This document shows positions 19,055 through 28,564 of a stretch of 64,000 nucleotides of DNA, piece after piece; positions within the stretch are counted from its first letter, which is position 1, and each line of letters starts with the position of its first letter. The notes under the pieces were generated by a model that saw only the letters and a program-made list of their open reading frames with translations, did not search any database and was not told the origin of the DNA. Source of the stretch: Promethearchaeota archaeon (lineage in GTDB: Archaea; Asgardarchaeota; Heimdallarchaeia; Hodarchaeales; Hodarchaeaceae); the NCBI GenBank assembly GCA_048938105.1, contig JBHLMN010000009.1, forward strand, positions 160,001 through 224,000. Direction: 5' to 3'. The position numbers and the translations under genes are program-made.

Positions 19055-19393
19055 TTATTGCAGCTGGATTTTCGTTTTCGCTTTCTTTTGGGCTCTTATG
19101 ATGGTTTTTTTGCCTATCCTAGTTATAACATTATCAAATCCTTCTTCTATTATCTGCTTCATGGTAAATTGAAACGTGGGTTTGATGTTGTGAGCAAACT
19201 TCTTATCCACAAATAATAGAAGATATTTAACTGTAAAATTACCTAGATTCGTTTCAATTGTACGAGATAGAATCCCTATTCCTAAACCAGAATTATCTTG
19301 TGTGCTTTGTTCGCAATATTCCTTAATTTCTGGCCATTGATCAAAAGAGTCACCAATAATAGCCAAAGAAGTGACAAGATTGGTATATTTCAC
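19055..19393 (-). CDS. Small hypothetical protein, possibly a degenerate Rab-like N-terminal half
   Basis: LAIIGDS ... LGIGILSRTIE ... TVKY pattern; GGTGA RBS upstream of GTG. Confidence 0.55.
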   Translation of the reverse strand: MKYTNLVTSLAIIGDSFDQWPEIKEYCEQSTQDNSGLGIGILSRTIETNLGNFTVKYLLLFVDKKFAHNIKPTFQFTMKQIIEEGFDNVITRIGKKTIIRAQKKAKTKIQLQ

Positions 19394-19601
19394 TTATTTC
19401 ACCTATCGACTAATTAATTGTAAATTAGTTGTAAATGATAATGTTTATAATTTCCAACACTGAAAAACATATATATATTAATTGACAAAATTAGTGATTT
19501 CCAAATATTTTTATCTATAACAAAAAAATTGATTTTGGAGCTATTAAATAGTAACTTTCAAAAAATGAAGAAAAAGTCATAACTAATAGGAGAAAAAAAA
19601 T

Positions 19602-19883
19602 ATGGTTAGACTAGTTTTTAAGAATAAATCATTTACAGAAGGTAGAGAGGAGGCAGGTGAAGCGGTTTTGTTTTTAGATGAAGCAACACAGTCAGGAAAA
19701 TTAGAATACTCACCCGAAGCTAGCTTAATTTTGCGTAGAACAGCACGTAGGCAAGCTGAAAGCATTTGTAAGTCGGGATTTTTATTAGCGACTGGAAAGA
19801 GAGTTGGAGCAGGATTCACCTTAGTTGATGAAGAAGACAAAATTGATGAACGTTTACTCCAAGAAGGACATAAGTACCGATAG
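19602..19883 (+). CDS. Small hypothetical protein, possibly a single gelsolin-like domain
   Basis: GGAG RBS; GEAVLFLD..KLEYSPEASLILRRTARRQAESI pattern. Confidence 0.6.
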   Translation: MVRLVFKNKSFTEGREEAGEAVLFLDEATQSGKLEYSPEASLILRRTARRQAESICKSGFLLATGKRVGAGFTLVDEEDKIDERLLQEGHKYR

Positions 19884-19911
19884 TTAACTGTTAAGATATA
19901 GGCAAACCTAA

Positions 19912-20451
19912 ATGGAAGCTATTACGTCAAAAATAGTCATGTGTGGGGATTTTGCAGTAGGGAAAACAACATTTGTCAAGCTGTTCTTAGGAGGAGAAAT
20001 AATAGGGGGTTATAAACCCACAATTGGAGTTGACATTGGCAGAAAAAATTTCAATATCAATCAAAGAAGAATTGTCTTCCAAATTTGGGATCTTTCAGGG
20101 CAACAATCATTTCAATCTATTAGACGCCAGTTTTACAGCCGAACAAATGGAGCAATCCTAATTTTCGATGTTTCTAGACGTGAAACTTACCAGAATATTC
20201 AAAATTGGACTGATGAGCTGATAGATCAGACGGGTAAATTGCCAATGGTGTTAGTTGGAAATAAAATAGATCTACGTGATCAAACTAGTGAGGCTGTGAC
20301 AACTGAAGAAGGAAAATTATTATCTGAAGTCATCTCAAATAAAATTGGAATACAAATACCCTTTGTCGAAGCTAGTGCTATTAATCAACAAAATAATTTG
20401 GAGCCTTTCATTCTTTTGGGAAAAACGATTCTCGAGCAATTTGACACATAA
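19912..20451 (+). CDS. Rab-like small GTPase (Ras superfamily), no C-terminal prenylation motif
   Basis: G1 GDFAVGKTT, G2 PTIGVD, G3 WDLSGQ, G4 NKID, G5 EASA. Confidence 0.95.
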   Translation: MEAITSKIVMCGDFAVGKTTFVKLFLGGEIIGGYKPTIGVDIGRKNFNINQRRIVFQIWDLSGQQSFQSIRRQFYSRTNGAILIFDVSRRETYQNIQNWTDELIDQTGKLPMVLVGNKIDLRDQTSEAVTTEEGKLLSEVISNKIGIQIPFVEASAINQQNNLEPFILLGKTILEQFDT

Positions 20452-20577
20452 TAAAATTATTTTTAACTAGGAAGTCATCGGAAGTAGATAAAAGGTTATT
20501 GAGTTTTTTTCAGGCATAGGGAGCTTTAAACTCAGCTATCTAGGAAAAGATATTTGAATTAAGGTAAGAATTACATT

Positions 20578-21483
20578 ATGGATTGTGTGATGAGTACATT
20601 TCGTATTTTAGTTCTTGCTGATATCCACGGAAACGTCAAAGCTGTTACTAAAATCATATCAATAATTCATAAAAGAAATTTAAGAATAGATTTGATTGTT
20701 ATTGCTGGGGATCTTCCTGAAACCACACCAATCCGTTTAATGCTCCAATATATATTAACTCATGGTAATCTATCCAAAACAAAATACACACGGTGGGTCT
20801 ATAAAGAACAAGGAAGACAAAAATTTGTCCAGATTCAGATAAAATCTATTAAAACCATCCTATCCTTATTAAGTTCTCTTGATGTGCCTATAATTTATGT
20901 ACCTGGTAATGTAGACAGTTATGAGGTGCAACAAATACTTAGCACCTGGCCCTCATCCGAACTAATTTTTCTAGCGGCTGAAATAACTCAAATCGGACCA
21001 TTAAGAATTTTGGGTTTTGGCGGATCATTATTTTCGCCAGATAGATATAAGCAACCATTGTGTGATATGGAATTCTATTCACATGATTTTTCAACCCGTC
21101 TAAAACCTTTATACAGGTTAAGTAAAACTACTGAATCTAATACAATTGATGTTCTAATCAGTCATGAACCACCAGCATTTCACTACAATACAACCATTGG
21201 TGACATAACAGGAGGTTCATCTTCGATTTCGAAATTTATAAATCATATAAAACCTAAAATAGTAATTTTTGGACATTATCATGAACTACCTCTCATAAAA
21301 AAAGCAAATAACATAATATATATAAATCCTGGACCGCTTACCTGTTATCATTTTGCTTTACTTGATATTGAAAAGAAACATATTCATGTAAGCCTAAAAA
21401 AGATGAATCCTGTTAGATTTGATTATAAAAATATGATATATAGTTACCGATCAATAAACATTCGAAATTTAGCGTTTGAATAA
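20578..21483 (+). CDS. Calcineurin-like metallophosphoesterase
   Basis: DIHG, AGD, PGNVD, SHEPP, GHYHE. Confidence 0.88.
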   Translation: MDCVMSTFRILVLADIHGNVKAVTKIISIIHKRNLRIDLIVIAGDLPETTPIRLMLQYILTHGNLSKTKYTRWVYKEQGRQKFVQIQIKSIKTILSLLSSLDVPIIYVPGNVDSYEVQQILSTWPSSELIFLAAEITQIGPLRILGFGGSLFSPDRYKQPLCDMEFYSHDFSTRLKPLYRLSKTTESNTIDVLISHEPPAFHYNTTIGDITGGSSSISKFINHIKPKIVIFGHYHELPLIKKANNIIYINPGPLTCYHFALLDIEKKHIHVSLKKMNPVRFDYKNMIYSYRSINIRNLAFE

Positions 21484-21525
21484 TGTATAATATTTTGGCT
21501 GAATTTTATAGTTAATTTCAATCTT

Positions 21526-22305
21526 TTATACTCGAACTGTTGTTTCCAAACGAATTCCTCGTCGATCTATCGTTACTGGAACTGAAATTGGTAAAAGGGT
21601 GCTTTTCCAAGATTTTTGGACTGCAAAATTAATTGCTATCTTCCCCCCACCAACACGACCAAATGATATATCAAACACGAAATCCGCCAAATGTGATGCG
21701 AGTACTTCAACAGCAGGACCATGTAAGTTTTTAACCATTAATATGAAGTGAATACCAGATCCACGCTCTCTTACAACGTGTTTTAAAGCTTCAATAGCTA
21801 TACTCACACTTTCAATGGAGTTACTACGAATTAATGATGAGATTGAATGAATACAAGTACATACCTTATCATGCAGAATTAGTTCAGGAATAAACACTCT
21901 AGTAAAGAACCGAAGTGAATCTTGTGCATACTCATCTCCTAAATCTACTCCAGGAACCGATTGTAACCCAATAACAGCTCCTTCAGCTGATATTCTTGCA
22001 GTAAAAGCGTCCATAAACTTCCATTTCTCACCAGCAACGATATATGGCTGAAGATTAAAATTATAGATCGCCATTTCTTCCACTATTTCTTTAGGCCGAC
22101 CATCATAAGACAAGTAGACAACTTTTTCAGTTGCTTCTGTTTTCAACATCTGAAATAGCACCTGTTGCGTGAATAATTCAAATTTAGTACCTGGTTCACC
22201 TAGTACAAGAATGACGCTCTTATTCGGAATTCCAGGGTTATCTTCCCCTCCGAGAAACATATCTAACGATAGAACACCTGTACGAATAGTCTGATTAGAT
22301 TCCAC
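21526..22305 (-). CDS. KaiC/RAD55 RecA-superfamily protein with degenerate Walker motifs
   Basis: IRTGVLSLD..LGG..GIP, GEPGTKFE (Walker A lacks GKT), CIHSIS, SHLAD. Confidence 0.8.
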   Translation of the reverse strand: MESNQTIRTGVLSLDMFLGGEDNPGIPNKSVILVLGEPGTKFELFTQQVLFQMLKTEATEKVVYLSYDGRPKEIVEEMAIYNFNLQPYIVAGEKWKFMDAFTARISAEGAVIGLQSVPGVDLGDEYAQDSLRFFTRVFIPELILHDKVCTCIHSISSLIRSNSIESVSIAIEALKHVVRERGSGIHFILMVKNLHGPAVEVLASHLADFVFDISFGRVGGGKIAINFAVQKSWKSTLLPISVPVTIDRRGIRLETTVRV

Positions 22306-22508
22306 TTCTGATCACCTAATTCATTAATTACTTACTCGTTTTATAAGTATTAAAATTTTCTTTTTTTCAGCCTCTTTTTGGTGATGAACTTCTATGGCAA
22401 AGTAAATATTTAAGAGCAAAAGACATCTAATTTAACGTGATTTATCATTCTTTTGTTATCATGATGAATTTAAATTAAACATAAAAAAACACTAATGAGC
22501 GTCTAGAT

Positions 22509-23285
22509 ATGTATGATGTCGATCCATTAGCCCTACCTTTTGAATTCAAGGGATTTGGTCCTAAACGCGAGGTGGGTTGCCTTCTCCTTCATTCATTTAC
22601 TGCAAGTCCAAGCGAAGTTCGACCGTTAGGAGTATTTTTACGAAACTGCGGTTATTCAGGGATTGCACCATTATTACCCGGACATGGTAGTGTTCCAGAG
22701 GAGCTAAGACAAACTACTTGGTTAGACTGGTATTCAAATGCGAGGGAAGGGCTCTTTTATTTACTTCAGAATTATTCTAAGATTATTGTTATCGGGGTTG
22801 CTTTAGGGTCTGTTTTGGCAACAATGTTAGCTGCTTCTCCAGAGAGAGACCAAATTAATGGGTTAGTTCTCATATCTCCAAGTCAACATTCTCCATCAAC
22901 ATTAGTTAAAACAGTCTTACCATTTCTCAAGTTTGTGAAGAAGGACTTTTCAACCGTCTCGGATTTAGAAATGGAAATGATAAAGGTCTCTGGTGAGGAA
23001 CGAGAACAATTTTATTATACTAAAAGACCAACAGAATCATTGATCGAACTTTACAGAGTAATTGGGTTCACTAATCGGCGATTATCTCTCATTACTCAAC
23101 CAACTTTAATCATTCATAATGAGAATGATAGCCTTTCTCCAGATTTTATTTATGACAAATTAGTAAATTGCCCCTATAAAGAACGCTGGACTCATGAGAA
23201 AAGATCTCGTTGGTTTTTTTACTCTGAAGAAGCTCAACCAGCATTTGAAAAAATAGATTCTTTTTTAGAAAAATACTGTATTTAA
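22509..23285 (+). CDS. Carboxylesterase-like alpha/beta hydrolase fold, apparently lacking catalytic residues
   Basis: LLHSFTASP, LLPGHG, GVALGS in place of GxSxG. Confidence 0.75.
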   Translation: MYDVDPLALPFEFKGFGPKREVGCLLLHSFTASPSEVRPLGVFLRNCGYSGIAPLLPGHGSVPEELRQTTWLDWYSNAREGLFYLLQNYSKIIVIGVALGSVLATMLAASPERDQINGLVLISPSQHSPSTLVKTVLPFLKFVKKDFSTVSDLEMEMIKVSGEEREQFYYTKRPTESLIELYRVIGFTNRRLSLITQPTLIIHNENDSLSPDFIYDKLVNCPYKERWTHEKRSRWFFYSEEAQPAFEKIDSFLEKYCI

Positions 23286-23332
23286 CTAAAATAAGACATA
23301 ATTAATATGAAAATTGAAGAAAAGACGATAGA

Positions 23333-24976
23333 TTATCTGAGTTTCTTAGGTAAAATTCGATAAAGTATTCCTACGAGAGGGGAACCCATCCAGAAGACGA
23401 AAGATAATGGAATAAAAGGAAAGAATCGGGGAATTCGAGTACCCCAGACTTTTCCTGGGTTAAATATACCTTGTGGATCGATTTCAGTTTTTAGTTGTTT
23501 CATTTTATGTAATTGTTGGCCATAAATCAAACCAGAATACGAACTAAACCAAAGACCACTACTGTATGGCCTGCCTTTCCAGCGACGAACTTTATGAATA
23601 ATATCAATAAACCTTAACCAGTGAAATGCATAAGTAAAAGAGCCAATAAGAGGTAATGACCAGCGTCTCATATCAACGGGGAACCATACAAACATTACAC
23701 TTAGGTGATCTGAAGTAGGAAGAATTTCTAACGCATATGATTCTTTTTCATAACGTTTAGATATTACCCCAATTATCTTCTCTAAGTAAATAGTAGGTAG
23801 GAGTATCTCTATTATTATTAGAAATGGTCCTCGACGTTTGAGCTTAATTGTATTGAATCTCTCATTCCAGAATTTCTTCCCCAGGTCATTTGATTGTTCA
23901 ACAAGCTGAAATTTATCTTTTATTTCATTGAATTCTCCTTGATTCCAGTCCTCCTCCAGAAAACTCATTGAAATAACGCCTCCAGTGCATTCTTGAGACC
24001 CCCCTAGTGATTGATTAGGTTTAGAATTCTTCCAAATCAGGTTATTATAATCATCATACCGTAAAAAGAATGGTAATAAACCTTGATACTCTGAGATTGC
24101 TTTCAATAGCTGGCTTTGGCGAGTAGAGGAGACAATTTTGTGAATCATTGTTGAATAATTCATTATTTTCAAAGTAACTTTCCAAAGAATACCTAACCTT
24201 CCGCAGCTACCGATGAACACTTCAGGATCTTCAAGTTGAAATTCTTTTCCCTCGGTTCCAATAATTGTGACATTTATCATACTCTCGTTAATACTCCCAA
24301 ATTTGGCTGACCCCACTCCCCAACCACCTTGAGTAACCCAACCACCAATTGTTGAGGATGGCGCAGATGAAGGATATGTTTTTAAAGTCTTCCCGTTGGA
24401 CTCTAGGAATTTGCGAAGATGTTCCCAAGTTATTCCACATTCGGCTTCAACTGTATCATTTTCCTCATCTATATCAATAATCTTGTCGAAGAGGGTCATG
24501 ATAACGATAATTCCGTTCTTAATAGGTAAAACACCTCCATAACCACTGGTTCCTGCACCACGGGGAATAAGAGGGATCTTGTATTTTTCACAAAGACTAA
24601 TAATTTCTTTCAATTCTTCAATATTCTTTGGCTGTATAACTGCGAGACAGTTAAAATTAAAGATGAAACGTGCGATTTTAGGAAGATCACCTACATCTCT
24701 GCTATAAAGGAGTTTCTCATATTTTTCGATAAAGACCTGCATTCCTGCTTCTTGAAAAGCTTTAAGATGAATGTGAATCTGATTTCGTTGACGTCTCAAT
24801 CCTAAGAAGTAGAAAAGCAGGATAACTAAACCCAGTAATGTTATGAATAATCCAATTAGGAGATACTCATGGCTCACAGATGATTCATATAGAAAAAAAG
24901 ACGGAATGACAAAATAGCCCAAAATGAACACTATTAGTAACATAAACCACATGAAAAGTGTATCATATGTGCGCAA
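23333..24976 (-). CDS. FAD-binding oxidoreductase (VAO/PCMH type) with two N-terminal TM helices
   Basis: IPRGAGTSGYGG, PSSAPSSTIGGW, DPQGIFNPGK. Confidence 0.85.
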   Translation of the reverse strand: MRTYDTLFMWFMLLIVFILGYFVIPSFFLYESSVSHEYLLIGLFITLLGLVILLFYFLGLRRQRNQIHIHLKAFQEAGMQVFIEKYEKLLYSRDVGDLPKIARFIFNFNCLAVIQPKNIEELKEIISLCEKYKIPLIPRGAGTSGYGGVLPIKNGIIVIMTLFDKIIDIDEENDTVEAECGITWEHLRKFLESNGKTLKTYPSSAPSSTIGGWVTQGGWGVGSAKFGSINESMINVTIIGTEGKEFQLEDPEVFIGSCGRLGILWKVTLKIMNYSTMIHKIVSSTRQSQLLKAISEYQGLLPFFLRYDDYNNLIWKNSKPNQSLGGSQECTGGVISMSFLEEDWNQGEFNEIKDKFQLVEQSNDLGKKFWNERFNTIKLKRRGPFLIIIEILLPTIYLEKIIGVISKRYEKESYALEILPTSDHLSVMFVWFPVDMRRWSLPLIGSFTYAFHWLRFIDIIHKVRRWKGRPYSSGLWFSSYSGLIYGQQLHKMKQLKTEIDPQGIFNPGKVWGTRIPRFFPFIPLSFVFWMGSPLVGILYRILPKKLR

Positions 24977-25204
24977 ATTAACTTTGCTCCAAAGAGAAGT
25001 GCAAATATATCTTTTTCAAGCTCTGATTGAATAGCACACTTTACCTGTACATAATTTAGATATTTTCGAACACCTTGTAAGAGGCTTTTAAAAACATTTG
25101 ATAACTACTTTGATTGATTAGATCAATTGATAAAAAAAAATAATATCGAATTAAGAGAAAAAAGATTTGATTAAAGGAATATAACATAGAGGTATCAGAT
25201 AATA

Positions 25205-25858
25205 ATGAAGAAATTATTTGTAAATCTTCGTAAAACTCAGTATATCATGTTTGATTTCGATGGAACCATCGTAGATTCAATGTCTTTTTTGGAGAATAAC
25301 GCAGTCTATCTTCTGACAAAATACTATGGATTTTCTGCTGAAGAAGCTCAGAAAAGCTATCGCGAAACAACTGGGCTTCCATTTATTCAACAAATGGAAA
25401 TTATCGCTCCAAAAAAAGATAATAGTAAAATAGTTGCTAAATTTGAGAAAATGAAGATTGAACGAATTTATGAACAACGACTATTTACAGATTCATACGA
25501 GGTACTTCGAGAACTGAAACAACGTGGATATAAAATAGGAATTTCTAGTGGTTCAATTGAGTCAATAATAACTAATTATCTTCAAAAATATGGATTAGAC
25601 ATAGTTGATGACATACTTGGCTGGCGACCTGGATTTGAGAAGGGTAAAGATCATTTTGAGTTTGTTTTATCAAAATATAATTTTTCTAGCTCAGACATTA
25701 TTTTTATTGGAGATTCACTTCATGACCTTAGAAGAGCTAAAATGAATGATATTTACTTTATAGGTAGAAAGGGAATGTTTCAAAAAGATGATTTTAAGCA
25801 AATTTTTCCTGAAATTATTGTGATTTCATCATTAACTGAGATTTTAAATCTACTTTAA
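25205..25858 (+). CDS. HAD-superfamily hydrolase
   Basis: FDFDGTIVDS, ISSG, IGDSLHD. Confidence 0.9.
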   Translation: MKKLFVNLRKTQYIMFDFDGTIVDSMSFLENNAVYLLTKYYGFSAEEAQKSYRETTGLPFIQQMEIIAPKKDNSKIVAKFEKMKIERIYEQRLFTDSYEVLRELKQRGYKIGISSGSIESIITNYLQKYGLDIVDDILGWRPGFEKGKDHFEFVLSKYNFSSSDIIFIGDSLHDLRRAKMNDIYFIGRKGMFQKDDFKQIFPEIIVISSLTEILNLL

Positions 25859-25871
25859 GAATTGGTTTAAA

Positions 25872-26276
25872 ATGAAGCTTAACTCAAAATATATGATCGG
25901 ATTCAGTGTTATAATAGCCCTTAGTCTTGGTTTCTTTCTTTCAAGCCTCATAATTAACATTTCTCCATCACTTAGATTGTTAACGCTAGGAATTGTTACT
26001 ACAATAACTGGAATGATATTTATTGTTCTCTTATTTGCACCAGAAAGGATAAAAGGATATCAAGCTGAGTATGAGGCTTCCCCTGATTTAACAAACTTCA
26101 AAGTGGTAAAAGTTTACGCTGATAAGGTACAAGAACGACCAGAAATTCCAGAAGTTGCATTTTGCAGCGCTTGTGGAAAGAGGATTTTCAAACCATTTTA
26201 TTGTGCGAAATGTGGCCAGATCCTCTGTGGAACTCATTATCTTCCTGGTAGTCATACGTGCAAGGAGGAGTTATGA
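25872..26276 (+). CDS. Two-TM membrane protein with C-terminal AN1-type zinc finger
   Basis: C-x2-C-x9-C-x2-C-x4-C-x2-H-x5-H-x-C. Confidence 0.85.
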   Translation: MKLNSKYMIGFSVIIALSLGFFLSSLIINISPSLRLLTLGIVTTITGMIFIVLLFAPERIKGYQAEYEASPDLTNFKVVKVYADKVQERPEIPEVAFCSACGKRIFKPFYCAKCGQILCGTHYLPGSHTCKEEL

Positions 26277-26972
26277 ATGGATAAAAAGCCTGATTGGGAA
26301 AGTGATTTCACAAAAAAATCTATTCTTGATAGACTCCATCTATCTGTTCAAGAAATTTCAGAACTAGGAATTGGCTGGTTAATCACCAGTTTTGTTATTC
26401 TCTATTTAACTGGAAATATTTTTACTGTTATTCAAGAAGGGAAGATCCCAGATGAATTATTGATCTATCTATTTATCCTAGGTATTAGCTTTTTTGCTCA
26501 TGAATTATCTCACAAATTTATTGCTATAAAGTACGGTGCGAGAGCTTACTACAGGCTTAGTAAGGAAGCACTTTTTCTTACTTTAATCAGTGTTCTCATT
26601 GGTTTTCCAATTTTAGCAACTGGGGCCGTTTTTTGGTGGGGGGAAGCCACTGCATCTCAAGGTATTCGCGGTAGGGTCTCTGCATCTGGGCCAATAACTA
26701 ATTTCATTCTCGCAGGTTTATTTCTTACTCTACAAGGAATAGGATATTTAATGGTTTATGATGATACTATGATGACGTTAGGTGTACTGTTAATATTCAT
26801 CGGATTTGTGGGTGTTTCCTTGAATGTTTTTCTAGGAGTTTTTAATCTCCTTCCTATTGGAGTTCTAGATGGTGCCAAAGTATTAGCTTGGGATCCACGA
26901 ATTTGGATTTCTCTAATTGGGAGTCTACTTGTAATAGGTTTTTTTGGTGGTGGATTTTCCCTATTTCTATAA
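26277..26972 (+). CDS. Site-2 protease (peptidase M50)
   Basis: HELSH, SGPITN, FNLLPIGVLDG; begins immediately after the AN1 gene stop. Confidence 0.9.
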   Translation: MDKKPDWESDFTKKSILDRLHLSVQEISELGIGWLITSFVILYLTGNIFTVIQEGKIPDELLIYLFILGISFFAHELSHKFIAIKYGARAYYRLSKEALFLTLISVLIGFPILATGAVFWWGEATASQGIRGRVSASGPITNFILAGLFLTLQGIGYLMVYDDTMMTLGVLLIFIGFVGVSLNVFLGVFNLLPIGVLDGAKVLAWDPRIWISLIGSLLVIGFFGGGFSLFL

Positions 26973-26980
26973 AAGAAAAT

Positions 26981-28426
26981 TCATTCGATTATTGATGACC
27001 AAGGATATCGTTTTCTAATCTCTTGGAAGAGTCTTCCAATCTTTTGCTCTTCAAATGTCTTACCATAACATAAGCATAGTACGAGGCCTCCACGTGTTCT
27101 CTTAAATCTCTGGTACATTGTTTTTACAGTATTGACAACATCATAAACGATTAGGAGATTTGATTGAGGTATGTCAATGTCCCTCTCACCTACACTGGTC
27201 ATTACTAAAACTGCTTTATTCTCTGATTCTTTGAAGTGATTGAGAATAGCTATTTTATTCCGTACTTGACCAGTTATTTTGAAAGTGGAAAGCCCTAATT
27301 CCTGAATTTCTTCCTGAAGCTTCTGGGCTGTATCCAAAAATGAACACAGTACAACTGTTTTAGAATTCTGGGATTGTTTTTTAATAAGATCGAGTACTGC
27401 ATCAATCTTAGCGTTATGTTCAGGTAAATCATAAATTAGATCCTTAGTTATCCCGAATTTGGTTAATCTAAAGAGAAATTTTCGGAATTTTGGGGGTTGC
27501 ATTGCGGTACAGTATTTTCGGACAAGTAATAAGCCTTGATACTTCTGAGTGTTTCCAGATTCAAGCATTCCGGAAACTAGAGCGAGCTGCGAAGAGGGAA
27601 TTGTTTCAAGAAGAGTTGGATGTTGCTCCAGAGTCTCCTCGATGATTTCCTTTCTTAATTCCTGAATACCCTGATCTATTAAATTCAAAATTTTTAGTAG
27701 TTCAGGGCTTATCTTCACTTCATATCGCTGAATATAAGTATTTTGAATATAATTTTTAATATCAGTCTGCGCTAGAAGTGTGTCCATCCGAATAATGTGA
27801 AGTTTAGGAATACGCTTATCAAGTGAATCAATTTCAGGTTGAATCTCGATTTGATCTTTCAAATGATTATAGAGAATGTGAGAGTCTCGTATAGTACCCG
27901 TCATTCCTACTATCCAAGCACCAGAACGAATGAAATATGGAATGAGGCTATTATAGGGAAAAATCAATAAACGAGAGCCACCATACCGTCGAACTATTTT
28001 ATCTATTTCGTTAATTATTACAACGTTAAATCTTGGCTTTTTAGATTCGAGGAGTTTGTTAAAGACATTAGCAAATGTTTGGGGAGTTGCAGCAACGATT
28101 CGTGCTTCATTAAGGATTTTGTGTCTAAGCTGTCCTGAAGTTTTAGAAGAGAAAGCTTGAAATTCTGAATCATGAAAACCGCCATACTCCTCCTGAAAGT
28201 AATGAATTGTTTCAGAGTAGCTAATTGTAGAATGTAAGAGAATGAGAATTCTTTGTTCAGAAAGATCTTTAATTAAAAGAAATGCTAGAACGCGCTTTCC
28301 AAGTCCTGTATCTACTTCAACGACCGTGTGACGACCCTGTAAGAAGTTTTCTTTGAGTTTGGAAAGTATTATCTGCTGATATTGACGATTTTGAATCATA
28401 CTTTCCTTTGGATCGGGGGAGGACAA
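26981..28426 (-). CDS. Hef/FANCM-like SF2 helicase core with degenerate motifs and no nuclease domain
   Basis: RQYQ, DTGLGKR, ATPQT, INEID, MTGT, TSVGERDIDIP, QRFKRTRG. Confidence 0.75.
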   Translation of the reverse strand: MSSPDPKESMIQNRQYQQIILSKLKENFLQGRHTVVEVDTGLGKRVLAFLLIKDLSEQRILILLHSTISYSETIHYFQEEYGGFHDSEFQAFSSKTSGQLRHKILNEARIVAATPQTFANVFNKLLESKKPRFNVVIINEIDKIVRRYGGSRLLIFPYNSLIPYFIRSGAWIVGMTGTIRDSHILYNHLKDQIEIQPEIDSLDKRIPKLHIIRMDTLLAQTDIKNYIQNTYIQRYEVKISPELLKILNLIDQGIQELRKEIIEETLEQHPTLLETIPSSQLALVSGMLESGNTQKYQGLLLVRKYCTAMQPPKFRKFLFRLTKFGITKDLIYDLPEHNAKIDAVLDLIKKQSQNSKTVVLCSFLDTAQKLQEEIQELGLSTFKITGQVRNKIAILNHFKESENKAVLVMTSVGERDIDIPQSNLLIVYDVVNTVKTMYQRFKRTRGGLVLCLCYGKTFEEQKIGRLFQEIRKRYPWSSIIE

Positions 28427-28564
28427 TTCAAAAGAATTAATTCTATAATAATTATAAATCTACAAGTTCGCGTAAAACTATTTGATATTATTTTTAATTT
28501 AAACTAACAAATAGGATCTTCCATCTTTAGGTTTGATTGACACTAAGTTGGATTAAAATAAGGG

